Source: Methanoregula sp. (GTDB lineage Archaea; Halobacteriota; Methanomicrobia; Methanomicrobiales; Methanospirillaceae). From it: DNA of 58,188 bases. Where the stretch lies: contig JBDKTL010000046.1 of NCBI GenBank assembly GCA_039698055.1, forward strand, positions 1 to 58,188, given 5' to 3'. The translations under genes and the position numbers were made by a program. A model generated the notes under the pieces. That model saw nothing but the letters and a program-made list of their open reading frames with translations, was not told the DNA's origin and searched no databases. Positions 38,587 through 49,367 of this stretch are shown one piece after another (the first letter of the stretch is position 1; every line of letters starts with the position of its first letter).

Positions 38587-40044
38587 ATGTTGATTAAAAA
38601 AACTCGTAGCCTTTGCCCGGTATGCGGATCCGTCCTGGAAGCGGACATTACCGAAGAAGAGGGGAAGGTCTGGATCAGAAGAACATGCCCGGAGCATGGA
38701 GCATTCCGGCATATTTACTGGTCAGATCCTGTGTTATACCACCGTTTTGCCCGGTATGACGCAGTTGGTTCCGGTGTCACAAACCCGCAGAATGTCGCCC
38801 CGGCCGAAAACTGCCCTACGTCCTGTGGGTTGTGTAATAATCACCATTCCCAGACGCTGCTGGCAAATATTGATCTCACCAACCGGTGTAACCTGGACTG
38901 CGACTTTTGTTTTGCCAATGCCCGTGCCTGCGGTTTCATCTATGAACCAACGTTTGATGAAATCGTATCCATGATGCTGGTGCTCAGAAATGAAAAACCC
39001 GTGCCTGCACCCGCGGTCCAGTTTTCCGGGGGAGAGCCCACCATGCGCGATGATCTTCCTGAGATCATCCGGAAGGCAAAAGAACTGGGATTTCCCCAGG
39101 TTCAGATAGCCACGAACGGGATTAAACTGGCAAATGATCCCGGCCTTGCGCAGAAACTCAAAGAGGCGGGACTTTCTACGGTCTACCTGCATTTTGATGG
39201 TGTGACGCCGGAAACAAATCCCATGCTCCAGGCCAGCAACAAGGCCATTGCAAATATGGCAAAGGTTGGACTGGGTATTGTTCTGGTGCCTACGATCATC
39301 AAAGGACGCAATGACAAGGAAATCGGGGCCATTTTGAAATATGCTGCCGATAATATTGCCGTAATACGGGGGGTCAATTTCCAACCGGTGGCCTTTACCG
39401 GTGCCGCCAGTGACGATGACCTGGAAAAATCCCGTATTACAATACCGGAAGTGCTGGAAAATATCGAGACCCAGACCAATGGTGTCGTACGTAAGGACGA
39501 TTTTTACCCGGTTCCCTGTGTTCTTCCCTTTTCTCACCTGGTTGAAGCCTATACCGGCCGACCGCAGGTTCGGTTTACCACCCACCAGCACTGCGGTGCA
39601 GCAACGTACGTGTTTATCACTAAAGACGGACTGGTCCCGGTCAACCGGATGGTGGATGTCGAAAGTCTCTTTGAATCGATCGAACACATGGCAGAAACAC
39701 TTGAGAAAGGGGGAACCATCAACAAATACAAGGCCCTGCTTGAGGGTGTGAAAAATCTTCATGAATCGTTCAAGAAAGGCGAGCAGAGCAGCACGACCGA
39801 ATTCTGGAAACTGATTGCAAAAACCCTGATTGGCCAGAATTTCGATGCCCTGCGGGAATTCCACTGGAACGCGCTTTTTATCGGGACGATGCATTTCATG
39901 GACCGGTATAATTACGACCTTGAGCGTGTGCAGCGGTGCTGTATCCATTACGCGACACCGGATGGGAAGTTAATCCCGTTCTGTACCTACAACAGTGGTC
40001 CGACGTACCGTGAGAAGATCTGGAAACAACACGCAAAAAAATAA
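38587..40044 (+). CDS. tes: Tetraether lipid synthase (GDGT-MAS, MJ0619-like radical SAM)
   Basis: CPVC...CPEHG N-terminal metal site, CP..CGLC..H, CNLDCDFC, RGVNFQPV, RCCIHY, PFC. Confidence 0.9.
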   Translation: MLIKKTRSLCPVCGSVLEADITEEEGKVWIRRTCPEHGAFRHIYWSDPVLYHRFARYDAVGSGVTNPQNVAPAENCPTSCGLCNNHHSQTLLANIDLTNRCNLDCDFCFANARACGFIYEPTFDEIVSMMLVLRNEKPVPAPAVQFSGGEPTMRDDLPEIIRKAKELGFPQVQIATNGIKLANDPGLAQKLKEAGLSTVYLHFDGVTPETNPMLQASNKAIANMAKVGLGIVLVPTIIKGRNDKEIGAILKYAADNIAVIRGVNFQPVAFTGAASDDDLEKSRITIPEVLENIETQTNGVVRKDDFYPVPCVLPFSHLVEAYTGRPQVRFTTHQHCGAATYVFITKDGLVPVNRMVDVESLFESIEHMAETLEKGGTINKYKALLEGVKNLHESFKKGEQSSTTEFWKLIAKTLIGQNFDALREFHWNALFIGTMHFMDRYNYDLERVQRCCIHYATPDGKLIPFCTYNSGPTYREKIWKQHAKK

Positions 40045-40344
40045 AATTGCTTATAAAAAAATCTCTCTTGAATTTTTTTTCGTACCCTTTTTTAGCAACT
40101 CCTTGCTGTTTTCTTATCGATCAATCCGGTTCCCGGTAAACAAATTGAAGGGTACAGGTGTATTAAAAAAATCCGAAGCATCGGACTCCGCCGCCCCTGC
40201 GACGGTTTATACAACTAAAATGTACGATACATCAATCATCAGGATTGCCTGCGTGAACGTGTAAAGTGGGTCGTTATAGGAAAACTCGCGACGGTCTTTT
40301 TAGTTGCATGCCATTGTTTAGCCCGTAGCACAATTACCGGGCTT

Positions 40345-41280
40345 TCACAAAAATGGAAGATCGAGAGATTTTCCCTGCTGCATTGCTATTTTTGCAATGG
40401 CGAGATCCTGTATTGCAAGTCCCGTGGAATCAAAGACCGTGATCTCGTCTCCCGTTTCGCGCCGGCGTTTTCCTATGACCACTTCACCCAGTGTTCCGGC
40501 AATCATCCATGCCTGGAACTGTCCTTTGCTGATCGGGACATTAATTTCACCGGAATGGAACGCCTGAGCCGGGTCATCGACAAAAACCCGGGCCCGGTGC
40601 AGGATTGCCGGATCGAGTTCCTGTTTTCCCGGTGCATCGGCGCCGATAGCGTTGATGTGCGTACCTTCATGGATCCATTCATTTTGTACAAGGGGGGATC
40701 GTGACGGTGTTGTGGTGACCAGCACATCACAATCGCATGCCTGTTCGATCGACACGCTGTGAATGTCCAGAGTACCCAGTCGCACCACGAACCCTTCGGC
40801 ATGAACAGGGTTCCGGCTCCAGACCCGAACTTCGCTCACGGTCAGTTCCCGGGCAATTGCTCTTACCTGTGCTTCTGCCTGCCGTCCCGTCCCGACGATG
40901 CCAAGCACGCATTCCTTTTTTGGCGCTAGGTACTTTGCGGCTATAGCGCCGGCAGCGCCGGTTCGCATATCCGTAAGCCGGGTTGCATTCAGGAGAGCCA
41001 CAGGTTGGCCGGTGTTTGTATCAAGAATGACGGTCAGCGCCATGACCGTTGGCAGTCCCCGTGCAGGATTGTCTGGGTGTACATTTACAATTTTTACACC
41101 GGCAATATCGAGCGTGTGAAGGTATGCCGGCATGGTTCGGAAATCACCGGTTGGCAGGGTTACATAGACTTTTGGGGGCATCTGGACATGGCCGTTGCCG
41201 TGATCGGCAAATGCGGATTCAACGGCATGGTTAACGAGCGCGATGTCAAGACCCTTGTCTGCGTCCGGATAATATTTCAT
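40345..41280 (-). CDS. Ornithine cyclodeaminase/mu-crystallin family, probably archaeal alanine dehydrogenase
   Basis: MPPK, GDFRTMPAY, GVK.VNVHP.N, T.MRTGA, NAIGAD, FDSTGLAIQD. Confidence 0.9.
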   Translation of the reverse strand: MKYYPDADKGLDIALVNHAVESAFADHGNGHVQMPPKVYVTLPTGDFRTMPAYLHTLDIAGVKIVNVHPDNPARGLPTVMALTVILDTNTGQPVALLNATRLTDMRTGAAGAIAAKYLAPKKECVLGIVGTGRQAEAQVRAIARELTVSEVRVWSRNPVHAEGFVVRLGTLDIHSVSIEQACDCDVLVTTTPSRSPLVQNEWIHEGTHINAIGADAPGKQELDPAILHRARVFVDDPAQAFHSGEINVPISKGQFQAWMIAGTLGEVVIGKRRRETGDEITVFDSTGLAIQDLAIAKIAMQQGKSLDLPFL

Positions 41281-41580
41281 GTTCGAGTATCGAAGTTCAT
41301 CAGATTTGAACGTATGCACCTCGCACCAGCAGTTGAAGGGTGGGAAATTTCACCCGGCTCGTGTACATACCGGCGATGCAGGGATTGGTGAAAAACTCCT
41401 AAAAAAAGACAAACAAACATGAGGATTAACCGGGCACCTCCCTTGAACGGCGCCACCATCCCGGGATTGTGGGATTTATCCGTCTAATAGCCGGAAAATC
41501 TTTTACAGATTACCGGGCAAACCAGGATCTCTCCCGGATTATAAGCGGAATAATCTGTCGGGAAAAAATACCAAAAAAGA

Positions 41581-41862
41581 TCAGGAATATTCCATTTCTT
41601 TGAGTGCCTTGTCAGCCAGATCTTTCATCCGTGCCGATATTCGCGATGATGAGCTATAATCCACATCTTTCATCGCATTGGCGATCTCGGTACCGAGCAC
41701 AAAAATTGCATATTTATGCTCCATTTTACTCTTATGCATATGAGCGGGTGTGATTTTGAGCGCCCCATACTGGATAAATTTGAGATCCGGATTTACTTCT
41801 TCGAAATAATCCTTTACATCGTAAAGCATCTGGTGAAGGCTGATGAGTTCTTCTTTATGTAT
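41581..41862 (-). CDS. UPF0058-family small protein
   Basis: With an ATA start it reads (M)HKEELISLHQML...Y..L.I.P.H.HKSK.EHK.AIF.LG; the ORF-track start at 41829 truncates the N-terminal motif. Confidence 0.85.
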   Translation of the reverse strand: MHKEELISLHQMLYDVKDYFEEVNPDLKFIQYGALKITPAHMHKSKMEHKYAIFVLGTEIANAMKDVDYSSSSRISARMKDLADKALKEMEYS

Positions 41863-41923
41863 ACTATCACCCCAGACAATTACATGGTCTGATGATGCTT
41901 AAATAAATTTGTGTACGCCGGTA

Positions 41924-43162
41924 TCAGGAGCTCATTTTCAGCAGTCGTATCGACAGCGGGCGTTTGATGATGCCCTTGAAATCCTTTGCGGCGACATATT
42001 CAAGGCCCTTCCATACGAGCCGGTCCAGTAATTTCTGGTCAACGGATCGATCGATTACGAGACCGGTAGCCGGAGCATCCAGCGTTTCCACTGCTTTTTC
42101 CACTTCATCCGATTTTATCTCTTTTACAATCGTTAAATCATCGGAGAGGAATCGTCCGAGATTTTGTCCTTTTATTTCATCCATATGATCCCGGACGGTA
42201 ACAGGCGTCTTTGCGTGACTATCTTTTGGTTTTTTTGCCGCCCCGTCGCTTTGCCGCGAAGATCTCTCCGGGATGATACTGCTATCAAAAGCCGGTTTGC
42301 CACTGTGGAGATCCGATGGTATCTCTGCAGTATTTTCAAAATACTGGTCCCTGACATATTCGACCGGCACTTTGTTCCTGAGGGTCTTAATCACCTCTTT
42401 CTGCGTCATATCCTCAACGCTTTTCCCCCGTGGGGAAAATGCAACATAATCAATGTCGGCAACCTGCAAAAGCTCCCGCAGGATCAGTTCTCCGCCGCGA
42501 TCGCCATCAAAAAAGGCCGTTGCCGTCTTTTTCCCGACCAGATCGATCACGGTTTTGGGGATATTGGTGCCTTCCACAGCAACAGAATTTTTAATGCCAT
42601 ACCTCAGAAGGTTCAGGACATCGGCCCGTCCTTCAACAATGATAATGGCATCCGATTCCAGCACATTTGGGCCAGCGGGAACTTTCTCTTCCCCAAGGGA
42701 ACCGATCTTTTCAATACGGAGGGTCTGGCGAACATCATCCAGCAGTTCATCGCTGTCGATCGTCCCGTCTTCAAACCGGTCGATGAGGATCTCTTTTGCC
42801 CGTTCGACAATTTTTTTCCGCTTGCTGACCCGGATATCCTCGATTGACCGGACCTGTACCTGCGCTACACAGGGGCCTACCCGATCAATTGTTTCAAGCG
42901 ATGCTGCGAGAATCGCCGTCTCCGCTCGATCGAGCGATGTAGAAATAAGGATATCGCCTTTTGTTTCGCCTTTCTTGCTGGTTATCTGGACGTCAATTCT
43001 TCCGACACGTCCGGTTCTCTGGAGATCACGCAGATCCAGATCTTCGCCGAGTAAACCTTCAGTCTGCCCGAATATGGCACCTACGACATCTGGTTTCTCG
43101 ACCACCCCCTCTGCAGTGATGCTGATGTGAATAAGGTACTTGGTAGTATCCGGTGAATACAA
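41924..43162 (-). CDS. dnaG: Archaeal DnaG (TOPRIM) protein
   Basis: [35 protein letters not shown]. Confidence 0.96.
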   Translation of the reverse strand: MYSPDTTKYLIHISITAEGVVEKPDVVGAIFGQTEGLLGEDLDLRDLQRTGRVGRIDVQITSKKGETKGDILISTSLDRAETAILAASLETIDRVGPCVAQVQVRSIEDIRVSKRKKIVERAKEILIDRFEDGTIDSDELLDDVRQTLRIEKIGSLGEEKVPAGPNVLESDAIIIVEGRADVLNLLRYGIKNSVAVEGTNIPKTVIDLVGKKTATAFFDGDRGGELILRELLQVADIDYVAFSPRGKSVEDMTQKEVIKTLRNKVPVEYVRDQYFENTAEIPSDLHSGKPAFDSSIIPERSSRQSDGAAKKPKDSHAKTPVTVRDHMDEIKGQNLGRFLSDDLTIVKEIKSDEVEKAVETLDAPATGLVIDRSVDQKLLDRLVWKGLEYVAAKDFKGIIKRPLSIRLLKMSS

Positions 43163-43298
43163 GTAAACGCACCCCCATGTATCATGCTGTTGTGGTTATG
43201 CCTGATCATAGGTATAAAATATATATATCGTTCAAAATTACTTAAAAGGTATGTTCCTTACCAAAACAGCATACCCGGGTTAAATTAAAATCGTAAAC

Positions 43299-43631
43299 CT
43301 ATTGGGTCTCGTCATTATACCCGGTGGCCAGCAAACATTCAATAACCTGTGCTTTTGTTAAACCGGCGATACGGATCCGTTTCTGGGCAGAGGTCGTCCC
43401 CGAGCTGATGGAAACCGATGAAACCGGCACCCCCAGGACTTTTGCTATGAGGGCAGTGACCGCTTTATTTGCTTTTCCGTTCACTGCCTGGGCAGTAACC
43501 CGGCAGGCAATGGTTGTTCTCCATGCATTGTAGCCTGAGGGAAAAACATCCGAATGTGCGCCGGTTGTAACTTCAAGAAGGATAACAGTGCCATTCCGGT
43601 CTTCTGTTACCGCGTCGCGTATCCCGGTCAT
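43299..43631 (-). CDS. DUF167 / YggU-family protein
   Basis: V.A.AV.GKANKAV..LIA..LGV..S.V.I.SG.TS..K. Confidence 0.85.
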   Translation of the reverse strand: MTGIRDAVTEDRNGTVILLEVTTGAHSDVFPSGYNAWRTTIACRVTAQAVNGKANKAVTALIAKVLGVPVSSVSISSGTTSAQKRIRIAGLTKAQVIECLLATGYNDETQ

Positions 43632-43890
43632 TTCGGCACCCTGAAAAGAAGATGTCGCCCGACATCAACACACACGGATCACCAGTGGTTGTCACCGTTC
43701 TTCACCGTTGCATAAAAACCCTCAGTCGGGCGATGCCTGTCGCACAACCGGGTTGTCCCATGGATCATATCCAGACGCTTGTCAATCGATCACCCGGGGA
43801 CCTATGGTTGTGCTGTATCGGCACCCTTCTTCATCTGTATTTTTGGATATATAGAAGTTGGGGAAGTATCAAAAAGCAAAATAAAAATTA

Positions 43891-45147
43891 TCAGGACCGG
43901 TAACCTGCGCCTTTCATCCACTCGCAGGTTCCCCGGGTGTATTGTCCTGACTGGAAGACCACTTCGCCACCCATGATTACCGTGTCGGGGAAAACGGCAT
44001 CCATCCCGTCATAGGGGGTCCAGCCGCATTTGCTGTGCAGCCGATCCGGGGTGATGGCAACCGGCGTTTTGGGAAAGAGGGCAAAATCACCACGGTCACC
44101 GGAAGCAAATCCTGCCGGCCTGATGCCGAGAAGCGCTGCAGGATTCCCCGAAGTTTTCAACATTACATCATGAAGAGAAATCCTTTTTTTGAGAACTTCT
44201 GCCATGAGCAGGGGCACCATAGTTTCCACGCCGGGCATCCCGGAAGGTGCCTGTTCAAATGGCGACTGTTTTTCAGCAGGGGTGTGGGGTGCATGATCGG
44301 ACGCGATAACATCAATCCGGTTCCAGCGGGTCCAGAGATTGTCTCGTTCCTGTTTGCTGCGGAGCGGGGGATTTACTTTACCGTATGCATCCGTGGTTGT
44401 GAATTTCTCGCGGGAAAGGAAAAGGTGATGGGGGGTGACTTCTACTGTGCCAATAGCCGCATCAATAGACAGAACAGAACTCAAATGACAGAAATGCAAC
44501 CGGCAACCTGTCGCATTGCAGGCAAGAATGCGTTGTACCGCACGCATCTCCCCCTGAGCAGATCGCAGTGCATCGTGGGTGGCAAGGGTAGTATCCCTGC
44601 CAGCCGATACTTCTTCGGCATGAATTGTTGCAAGCGCCCCAAGTTCCTGTATCCGGCACAGGGCTGCCGACAGATCTGTTTCTGAAATTGCATCGCCATA
44701 ACTTGAAGATGCAAAGAATGTTTCACCAAACGCCATCGCACCGGAATCCCACATTTCCTTAATGGGGGTCTTTTTTGTTACTCCGCTGTTAATCCCGAAG
44801 TGGCAGTACGCATGTTCCTTCGCATCAGAGACCCGTTGAAAAAATGCTGGCGGGTCGACAAGCAGCGGGAGGGTATTTGGCTGGTCGATAACGACCGTTA
44901 CGCCACCGGCAAGGGCGCTTTTTGTCCCGGTAGTCCAGTCTTCTTTTGCCGACTGAACTCCGCCACGCATATGGACATGCATATCGATTGCGCCGGGCAA
45001 AACTATCACGCCTGTGCAGTCGATGGTTGGAATGCCGCCAGGTGAAGAACCGGTATGGGTAACCCTGCCTTCCCGCAGGGTGATATCAGCGACACGTCCC
45101 CCGGGAAGGGTTACGTTTGTCAGCACCAGATCCGGACAGACTCCCAT
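43891..45147 (-). CDS. pyrC: Dihydroorotase
   Basis: PGAIDMHVHMR, GGVT...DQPNT, HAE, CHLS, KVNPPLR, SDHAPH. Confidence 0.9.
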   Translation of the reverse strand: MGVCPDLVLTNVTLPGGRVADITLREGRVTHTGSSPGGIPTIDCTGVIVLPGAIDMHVHMRGGVQSAKEDWTTGTKSALAGGVTVVIDQPNTLPLLVDPPAFFQRVSDAKEHAYCHFGINSGVTKKTPIKEMWDSGAMAFGETFFASSSYGDAISETDLSAALCRIQELGALATIHAEEVSAGRDTTLATHDALRSAQGEMRAVQRILACNATGCRLHFCHLSSVLSIDAAIGTVEVTPHHLFLSREKFTTTDAYGKVNPPLRSKQERDNLWTRWNRIDVIASDHAPHTPAEKQSPFEQAPSGMPGVETMVPLLMAEVLKKRISLHDVMLKTSGNPAALLGIRPAGFASGDRGDFALFPKTPVAITPDRLHSKCGWTPYDGMDAVFPDTVIMGGEVVFQSGQYTRGTCEWMKGAGYRS

Positions 45148-45342
45148 TGTACTTCAGATTTCCCTTTTAACCCTTATAGTCATGATGATAGTGAAAAGTG
45201 CCCGGGTATTAATAATCCATCAAAAAAACAATCATTTTTTCTTGTACGTCCCTGATATAGTAGTGAACGGTGCCGGATGCGTGACCTTTCAGAACCCGGG
45301 GCAATGCCCTTACGGGTTGTTTTTGGCACCGGGGGGAACCAT

Positions 45343-46086
45343 ATGGATAAAATCATTAAAATCACACTGGGATTGTTGCTGGTCATCATCATTGGATTTG
45401 TTGCGACATCCGGGTATACATCCTATGTTGGTAATGCATACACAAAGTCACTGACCAGTTCCTATTCATATCACTGTACAATCACCACGGATTCCGTGCT
45501 GACAAATGTCACCTTTTTTATTCCGGTACCCGCCGATCCTACAGGGAACTCGCCGGTAATCTCACGGATAAGCGCAAAGAGTATCGATGGTCTTCCTGAG
45601 GGATGGCAGGCAACACTCTACGATACCGGGAAATCAACGTATGTCAAAGTGATTACTCCTTCAATTATCCCCGTCGCGGGAACTACCGCAGGGTCTCCCT
45701 ATTCGGTCAATATTTCGGTTGATGTATCCGCTTCGAAATTAATCGATACGACAAACCCGCTCGACCATTCTGCAGTGTTTTACCCGGTCCAGGATATCAG
45801 TGAAATTACCTGCCCATCGGCAGCGGGTGAGCTTTTACCAGCACAGCACTGCTTTGAATACGTAACATCGATCTATGCAGATTATTTAGCCACACCCACG
45901 ACATCAGTCAGTATCACCTCATCAGTAACTGGAATGAACACCTGGAACGTTTTCAACCCGGAATATAACCAGTACAGTAACCGGATATATGTATCGATGG
46001 TGGGTGAGAATCACGGGTGGGTCATAACCCGTGCCTCCCTTGAAGAAGGTGCCGGCAATAATGATGCGCCAGTTATCCCATCATAA
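45343..46086 (+). CDS. Hypothetical exported / membrane-anchored protein
   Basis: N-terminal hydrophobic helix followed by a Ser/Thr-rich domain. Confidence 0.7.
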   Translation: MDKIIKITLGLLLVIIIGFVATSGYTSYVGNAYTKSLTSSYSYHCTITTDSVLTNVTFFIPVPADPTGNSPVISRISAKSIDGLPEGWQATLYDTGKSTYVKVITPSIIPVAGTTAGSPYSVNISVDVSASKLIDTTNPLDHSAVFYPVQDISEITCPSAAGELLPAQHCFEYVTSIYADYLATPTTSVSITSSVTGMNTWNVFNPEYNQYSNRIYVSMVGENHGWVITRASLEEGAGNNDAPVIPS

Positions 46087-46136
46087 TTTTTTTTAGAGTG
46101 AGAATTTTTTATATTTTTTTTAAGGATGGATTTGGA

Positions 46137-46355
46137 ATGACCGGATTGGTAAAAGATGGCAGGCAACGCTCATCGGTATATTCCGGTTGCGTAGTGGATA
46201 TCATCACAAAAGAAGACCAGCGATCCGGGAAACGCACCCGGGGTGTCGTGCAGGACCTGCTGACGAATTCGGCTACCCATCCTCATGGCATTAAAGTGCG
46301 TCTCAAAGATGGTCGTGTCGGTCGGGTCGCAGAAATTATCGATAATGACTCTTAA
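46137..46355 (+). CDS. YwbE-family (DUF2196) protein
   Basis: K.DQRSGK.T.GVV..LLTNS..HPHGIKVRL.DG.VGRV. Confidence 0.88.
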   Translation: MTGLVKDGRQRSSVYSGCVVDIITKEDQRSGKRTRGVVQDLLTNSATHPHGIKVRLKDGRVGRVAEIIDNDS

Positions 46356-46400
46356 GAGAAAAAAAATCCTGCATTTTAAAGAACAACAAGAGAAAAGCAA

Positions 46401-46485
46401 TGCGAGGGATGGGATTCGAACCCAAGAACTCCTACGAGACTAGCCCCTCAAGCTAGCGCCTTTGACCTGGCTCGGCAACCCTCGC
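46401..46485 (-). tRNA. tRNA-Leu(GAG)
   Basis: Reverse complement GCGAGGG...CTAGC-TTGAGGG-GCTAG, long variable arm, GGTTCGAATCC...CCCTCGCA. Confidence 0.96.
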
Positions 46486-46711
46486 TTTTGTGCCATAACA
46501 AAAAGGTTGTCTATCTAAAAGAATGTTATGGCATGACTGTGATTTTCCGCTTCAAAACGTGGATGCGCGCGGGATTCAGCCCTTCCGGTTTTACGAATCC
46601 GCTAAATGTCGGGGTATACGCGGTACTTATACGGGTTCGGCTGTTTTAATACTCTAATGAATTGAGGTAAACATAGATGTATATTTATATACGTTATACC
46701 CAGTGCTGTGT

Positions 46712-47212
46712 ATGTGGTCTGATATCATCCATGAATTTGCCGATTCGCCATCCCAGAGCCGCGTGGTCCGGTTCCTGCTGGAAAATGGGTTTGGGGTGAA
46801 CCAAGACGCAAGGATCTGCTGCAATGGTATTGAGGTGCCGGCAACGGGTGTAGCAAAAGCGATTGGATCCGATCGCCGCGTGGTTGATTCGACAGCGCGA
46901 CGCATTCTTGAACGACCTCTTTTACGTGAGATATTTATCAACATGCGGGCGACTCCTGACCTAAGCCGGGTAGCAGAATCCCTGGGTTTTTCTGTCATCA
47001 CCGTACTTCCGAAAAATGCCAGTGAGCGGGGAATTGTTGGTGCGGCGGTACGGGTACTGTCAGCACATTCGCTTGCCATCCGCCAGATCTTTGTCACTGA
47101 TCCGGAGTTTGCCGAAGAACCAAAACTGGTGATTATTGTTGAAGATCCGCTGCCTGCCGGTGTTGTCAATGAAATACGGGCACTTCCGCAGGTCAAACAG
47201 GTAATCATTTAA
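46712..47212 (+). CDS. ACT-domain regulator of amino-acid metabolism (archaeal)
   Basis: HTH-like AKAIG.DRRVVD, C-terminal ACT GIV..A...L....I.IRQ. Confidence 0.8.
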   Translation: MWSDIIHEFADSPSQSRVVRFLLENGFGVNQDARICCNGIEVPATGVAKAIGSDRRVVDSTARRILERPLLREIFINMRATPDLSRVAESLGFSVITVLPKNASERGIVGAAVRVLSAHSLAIRQIFVTDPEFAEEPKLVIIVEDPLPAGVVNEIRALPQVKQVII

Positions 47213-47282
47213 AATATATCTCAGATTTTTTTAGATTTTTTATGGTTATGCTCAAAACTTTAAATCCACCAGGATTTTAAAA

Positions 47283-47780
47283 TCACGCAGAGAGGAGGTC
47301 CACATCCCGGGCGAGGCGATACATCCGCTTCCTGAATTTTCGTTGAAGATAAAATGCATCGGCAATACACTCCTCAATGGTCACCCGCTTTTTTCCGGCT
47401 ATAAGATTGTCTGCATGGGCGACGATCTTCTCTTCCGGTGTCCGTGGTATGCAATCCCGGGGGAGAAGGCCAAGCAGCGTGCATTCGTCTGCGGTAAGTC
47501 CGGCTCCGGTATGGCATTCGACAATCCGGGCAACCGCTTCAGGTTCCCCACGTGCCCGGAGAAGGTCTGCTCCTGCCTGTGCATGATGAATCGAATGGGT
47601 TGTGGCCCGGCCAATATCGTGGAGCCATGCCCCTTTCTCAACGAGTGCTTCATCGACATCGGGATTGCTGCGGGCGTATTCTGCTGCACACCGGGCGACA
47701 GCGCTGCAGTGAGCAATAACCTTTGCGTCACAACCTGCGCGGCGCAAAAAAGAAGAGTATGTGGTGGTGGTATCAGGCAT
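47283..47780 (-). CDS. HD/HDIG-domain phosphohydrolase
   Basis: HC, LHDIGR, H...GA, H.GAG, EEKIVAHADN. Confidence 0.9.
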   Translation of the reverse strand: MPDTTTTYSSFLRRAGCDAKVIAHCSAVARCAAEYARSNPDVDEALVEKGAWLHDIGRATTHSIHHAQAGADLLRARGEPEAVARIVECHTGAGLTADECTLLGLLPRDCIPRTPEEKIVAHADNLIAGKKRVTIEECIADAFYLQRKFRKRMYRLARDVDLLSA

Positions 47781-48297
47781 GGCCAAGAGACTTATTGAGC
47801 GTTTCAATCCGGTGGCGAAGTGCCTTTAAGAGTGTATCGTTATCGAAATGGGATAATGCCTGATCGCAGTTCGGGCACCGGAAGTCCCCGTCCATTGCCT
47901 GGGGGAACGTAAAGAGGACGTGACACTCCTTGCAGATGAAGAAGTCATTCTCTTCCTCGTACTGTGCACGTCGTTCCAGTTTATCCCGCACGAGCACCAT
48001 GTCTTCCCGGATTGCATTGAAAATATTATCGATGCGCAACTGCCAGAGATAGGTAAGCCAGCCGGTTTCATTATTCTTGATCCGGTGGTATTCCGCCAGG
48101 CGTTTTTCGTAGAGCGTGTACAGGGTGTGCCTCACCGAATTCAGGTTGATGCCGGTGCTTGCGGCCAGCTGCTCATCACTGAATTCGCCTTCTTTTGGGA
48201 ATTTTTCCAGCAGGCTCAGTCCCTCATCGCCAACCAGTCTGTGAATGTATGCCCTCATTGCTGGTTGATTCAGCACTTCATCTACAGGATCCATCAT
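47773..48297 (-). CDS. tfe: Transcription factor E alpha
   Basis: Winged helix SDEQLA..TGI.LN.VR..LY.LY, GWLTY.W, C..C...F.CP.C zinc ribbon. Confidence 0.93.
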   Translation of the reverse strand: MMDPVDEVLNQPAMRAYIHRLVGDEGLSLLEKFPKEGEFSDEQLAASTGINLNSVRHTLYTLYEKRLAEYHRIKNNETGWLTYLWQLRIDNIFNAIREDMVLVRDKLERRAQYEEENDFFICKECHVLFTFPQAMDGDFRCPNCDQALSHFDNDTLLKALRHRIETLNKSLGHA

Positions 48298-49367
48298 CGC
48301 ATATATTGTCGGACGGTGCTAATATTCTTATCCAACACCGATAATGCTTCGTCGCGCGATGCACCTGAACCATATACACTGACAATAGCTTGGTCTTTTT
48401 CAAACGATGTGCCCGGCCAGGGAATATCGGCAACCTTAGGGGCCAGTTTTTTCAGATCTGCTAAAAGTGTCAGATCTTTATCGGCAAAGAGAATGCTCCG
48501 TGCGGCAAACCGGGCCGGTTTTTTTTGCCTGAGCAACACTCCCCTGCACGCGTTGACATGGTACTCAAACAGGTTGCATTCATAGGCCGCTTCGACCGTA
48601 TCCACCGTTCCCTGGAAGCGGGGATTTACTTCAATTGCATACGGCCCGTGCGGGCCCAGAACAAAATCGATGCCAATAGTTCCTTTGCAGCCGCTTGCAG
48701 CCGCGATTTGTTCAGCCAGCGCCAGCATCCGTGCCGTATCCGGGTGTTCGACAGGTGTCACCGAACCGGAGAATCCGTAGGCAGATGCTCCCTTCCCCCG
48801 GAGGATCTGTTCATTTGCTGCAACTGCCCGTGCGACAGTACCATCGGTGACGCAGCAGACACTGGCAGGAATCCCGTCGATGAGTTCCTGGCTGATATAC
48901 GGGACATCAGGATAGAGGGATTTCCAGACCGCGAGCTCATCTGTGTTATGAATACCTGCATTCCGCCAGCCCCCGGCACCCCGCCGGGGTTTTACCATAA
49001 CCGGAAATGTACCTTCTGGTACAAGCTGGGGCACGGGCACGGGAATATCTTCAAAAAAATGCTGGATATCGAGTTTATCCAAAAATCGCTTCACGGTTTC
49101 CCGTGAAGTGCCGCATAATGGGACCGGTGAACTGGTTTCCTCGGCTCCTGAGGTTACGATGAGAAAGTCAAATGCATGGCGTGCTGCCATCCGGCTCATC
49201 GCATCCGGAAGTTCTTCAAGTTCTTGAAAAGACAGCCGGTCTGAGGTATACCATGCGAGATCCTGGTCACAGAAATGGTCGACCGCACAGACATCATACC
49301 CGGCTCGCGCGGCGGATTGCGCGATATGACGCGTAGCAAATCCGGCAACGAGAACTTTTCCTCTCAC
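48294..49367 (-). CDS. ATP-grasp domain protein
   Basis: [29 protein letters not shown]. Confidence 0.88.
   Translation of the reverse strand: MRGKVLVAGFATRHIAQSAARAGYDVCAVDHFCDQDLAWYTSDRLSFQELEELPDAMSRMAARHAFDFLIVTSGAEETSSPVPLCGTSRETVKRFLDKLDIQHFFEDIPVPVPQLVPEGTFPVMVKPRRGAGGWRNAGIHNTDELAVWKSLYPDVPYISQELIDGIPASVCCVTDGTVARAVAANEQILRGKGASAYGFSGSVTPVEHPDTARMLALAEQIAAASGCKGTIGIDFVLGPHGPYAIEVNPRFQGTVDTVEAAYECNLFEYHVNACRGVLLRQKKPARFAARSILFADKDLTLLADLKKLAPKVADIPWPGTSFEKDQAIVSVYGSGASRDEALSVLDKNISTVRQYMR

Noticed and set aside
38734-39948. Long antisense ORFs (404 aa here; also 2364-3377 and 33859-34746)
   Set aside because: Antisense shadows of well-supported genes, with no recognisable motifs.
40045-40344. 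Gene or gene relic between tes and the alanine dehydrogenase-like gene
   Set aside because: Only short, interrupted frames without motifs; it cannot be supported.
41400-41570. SRP RNA or RNase P RNA
   Set aside because: No SRP helix-8 motif or RNase P P4 consensus is recognisable.
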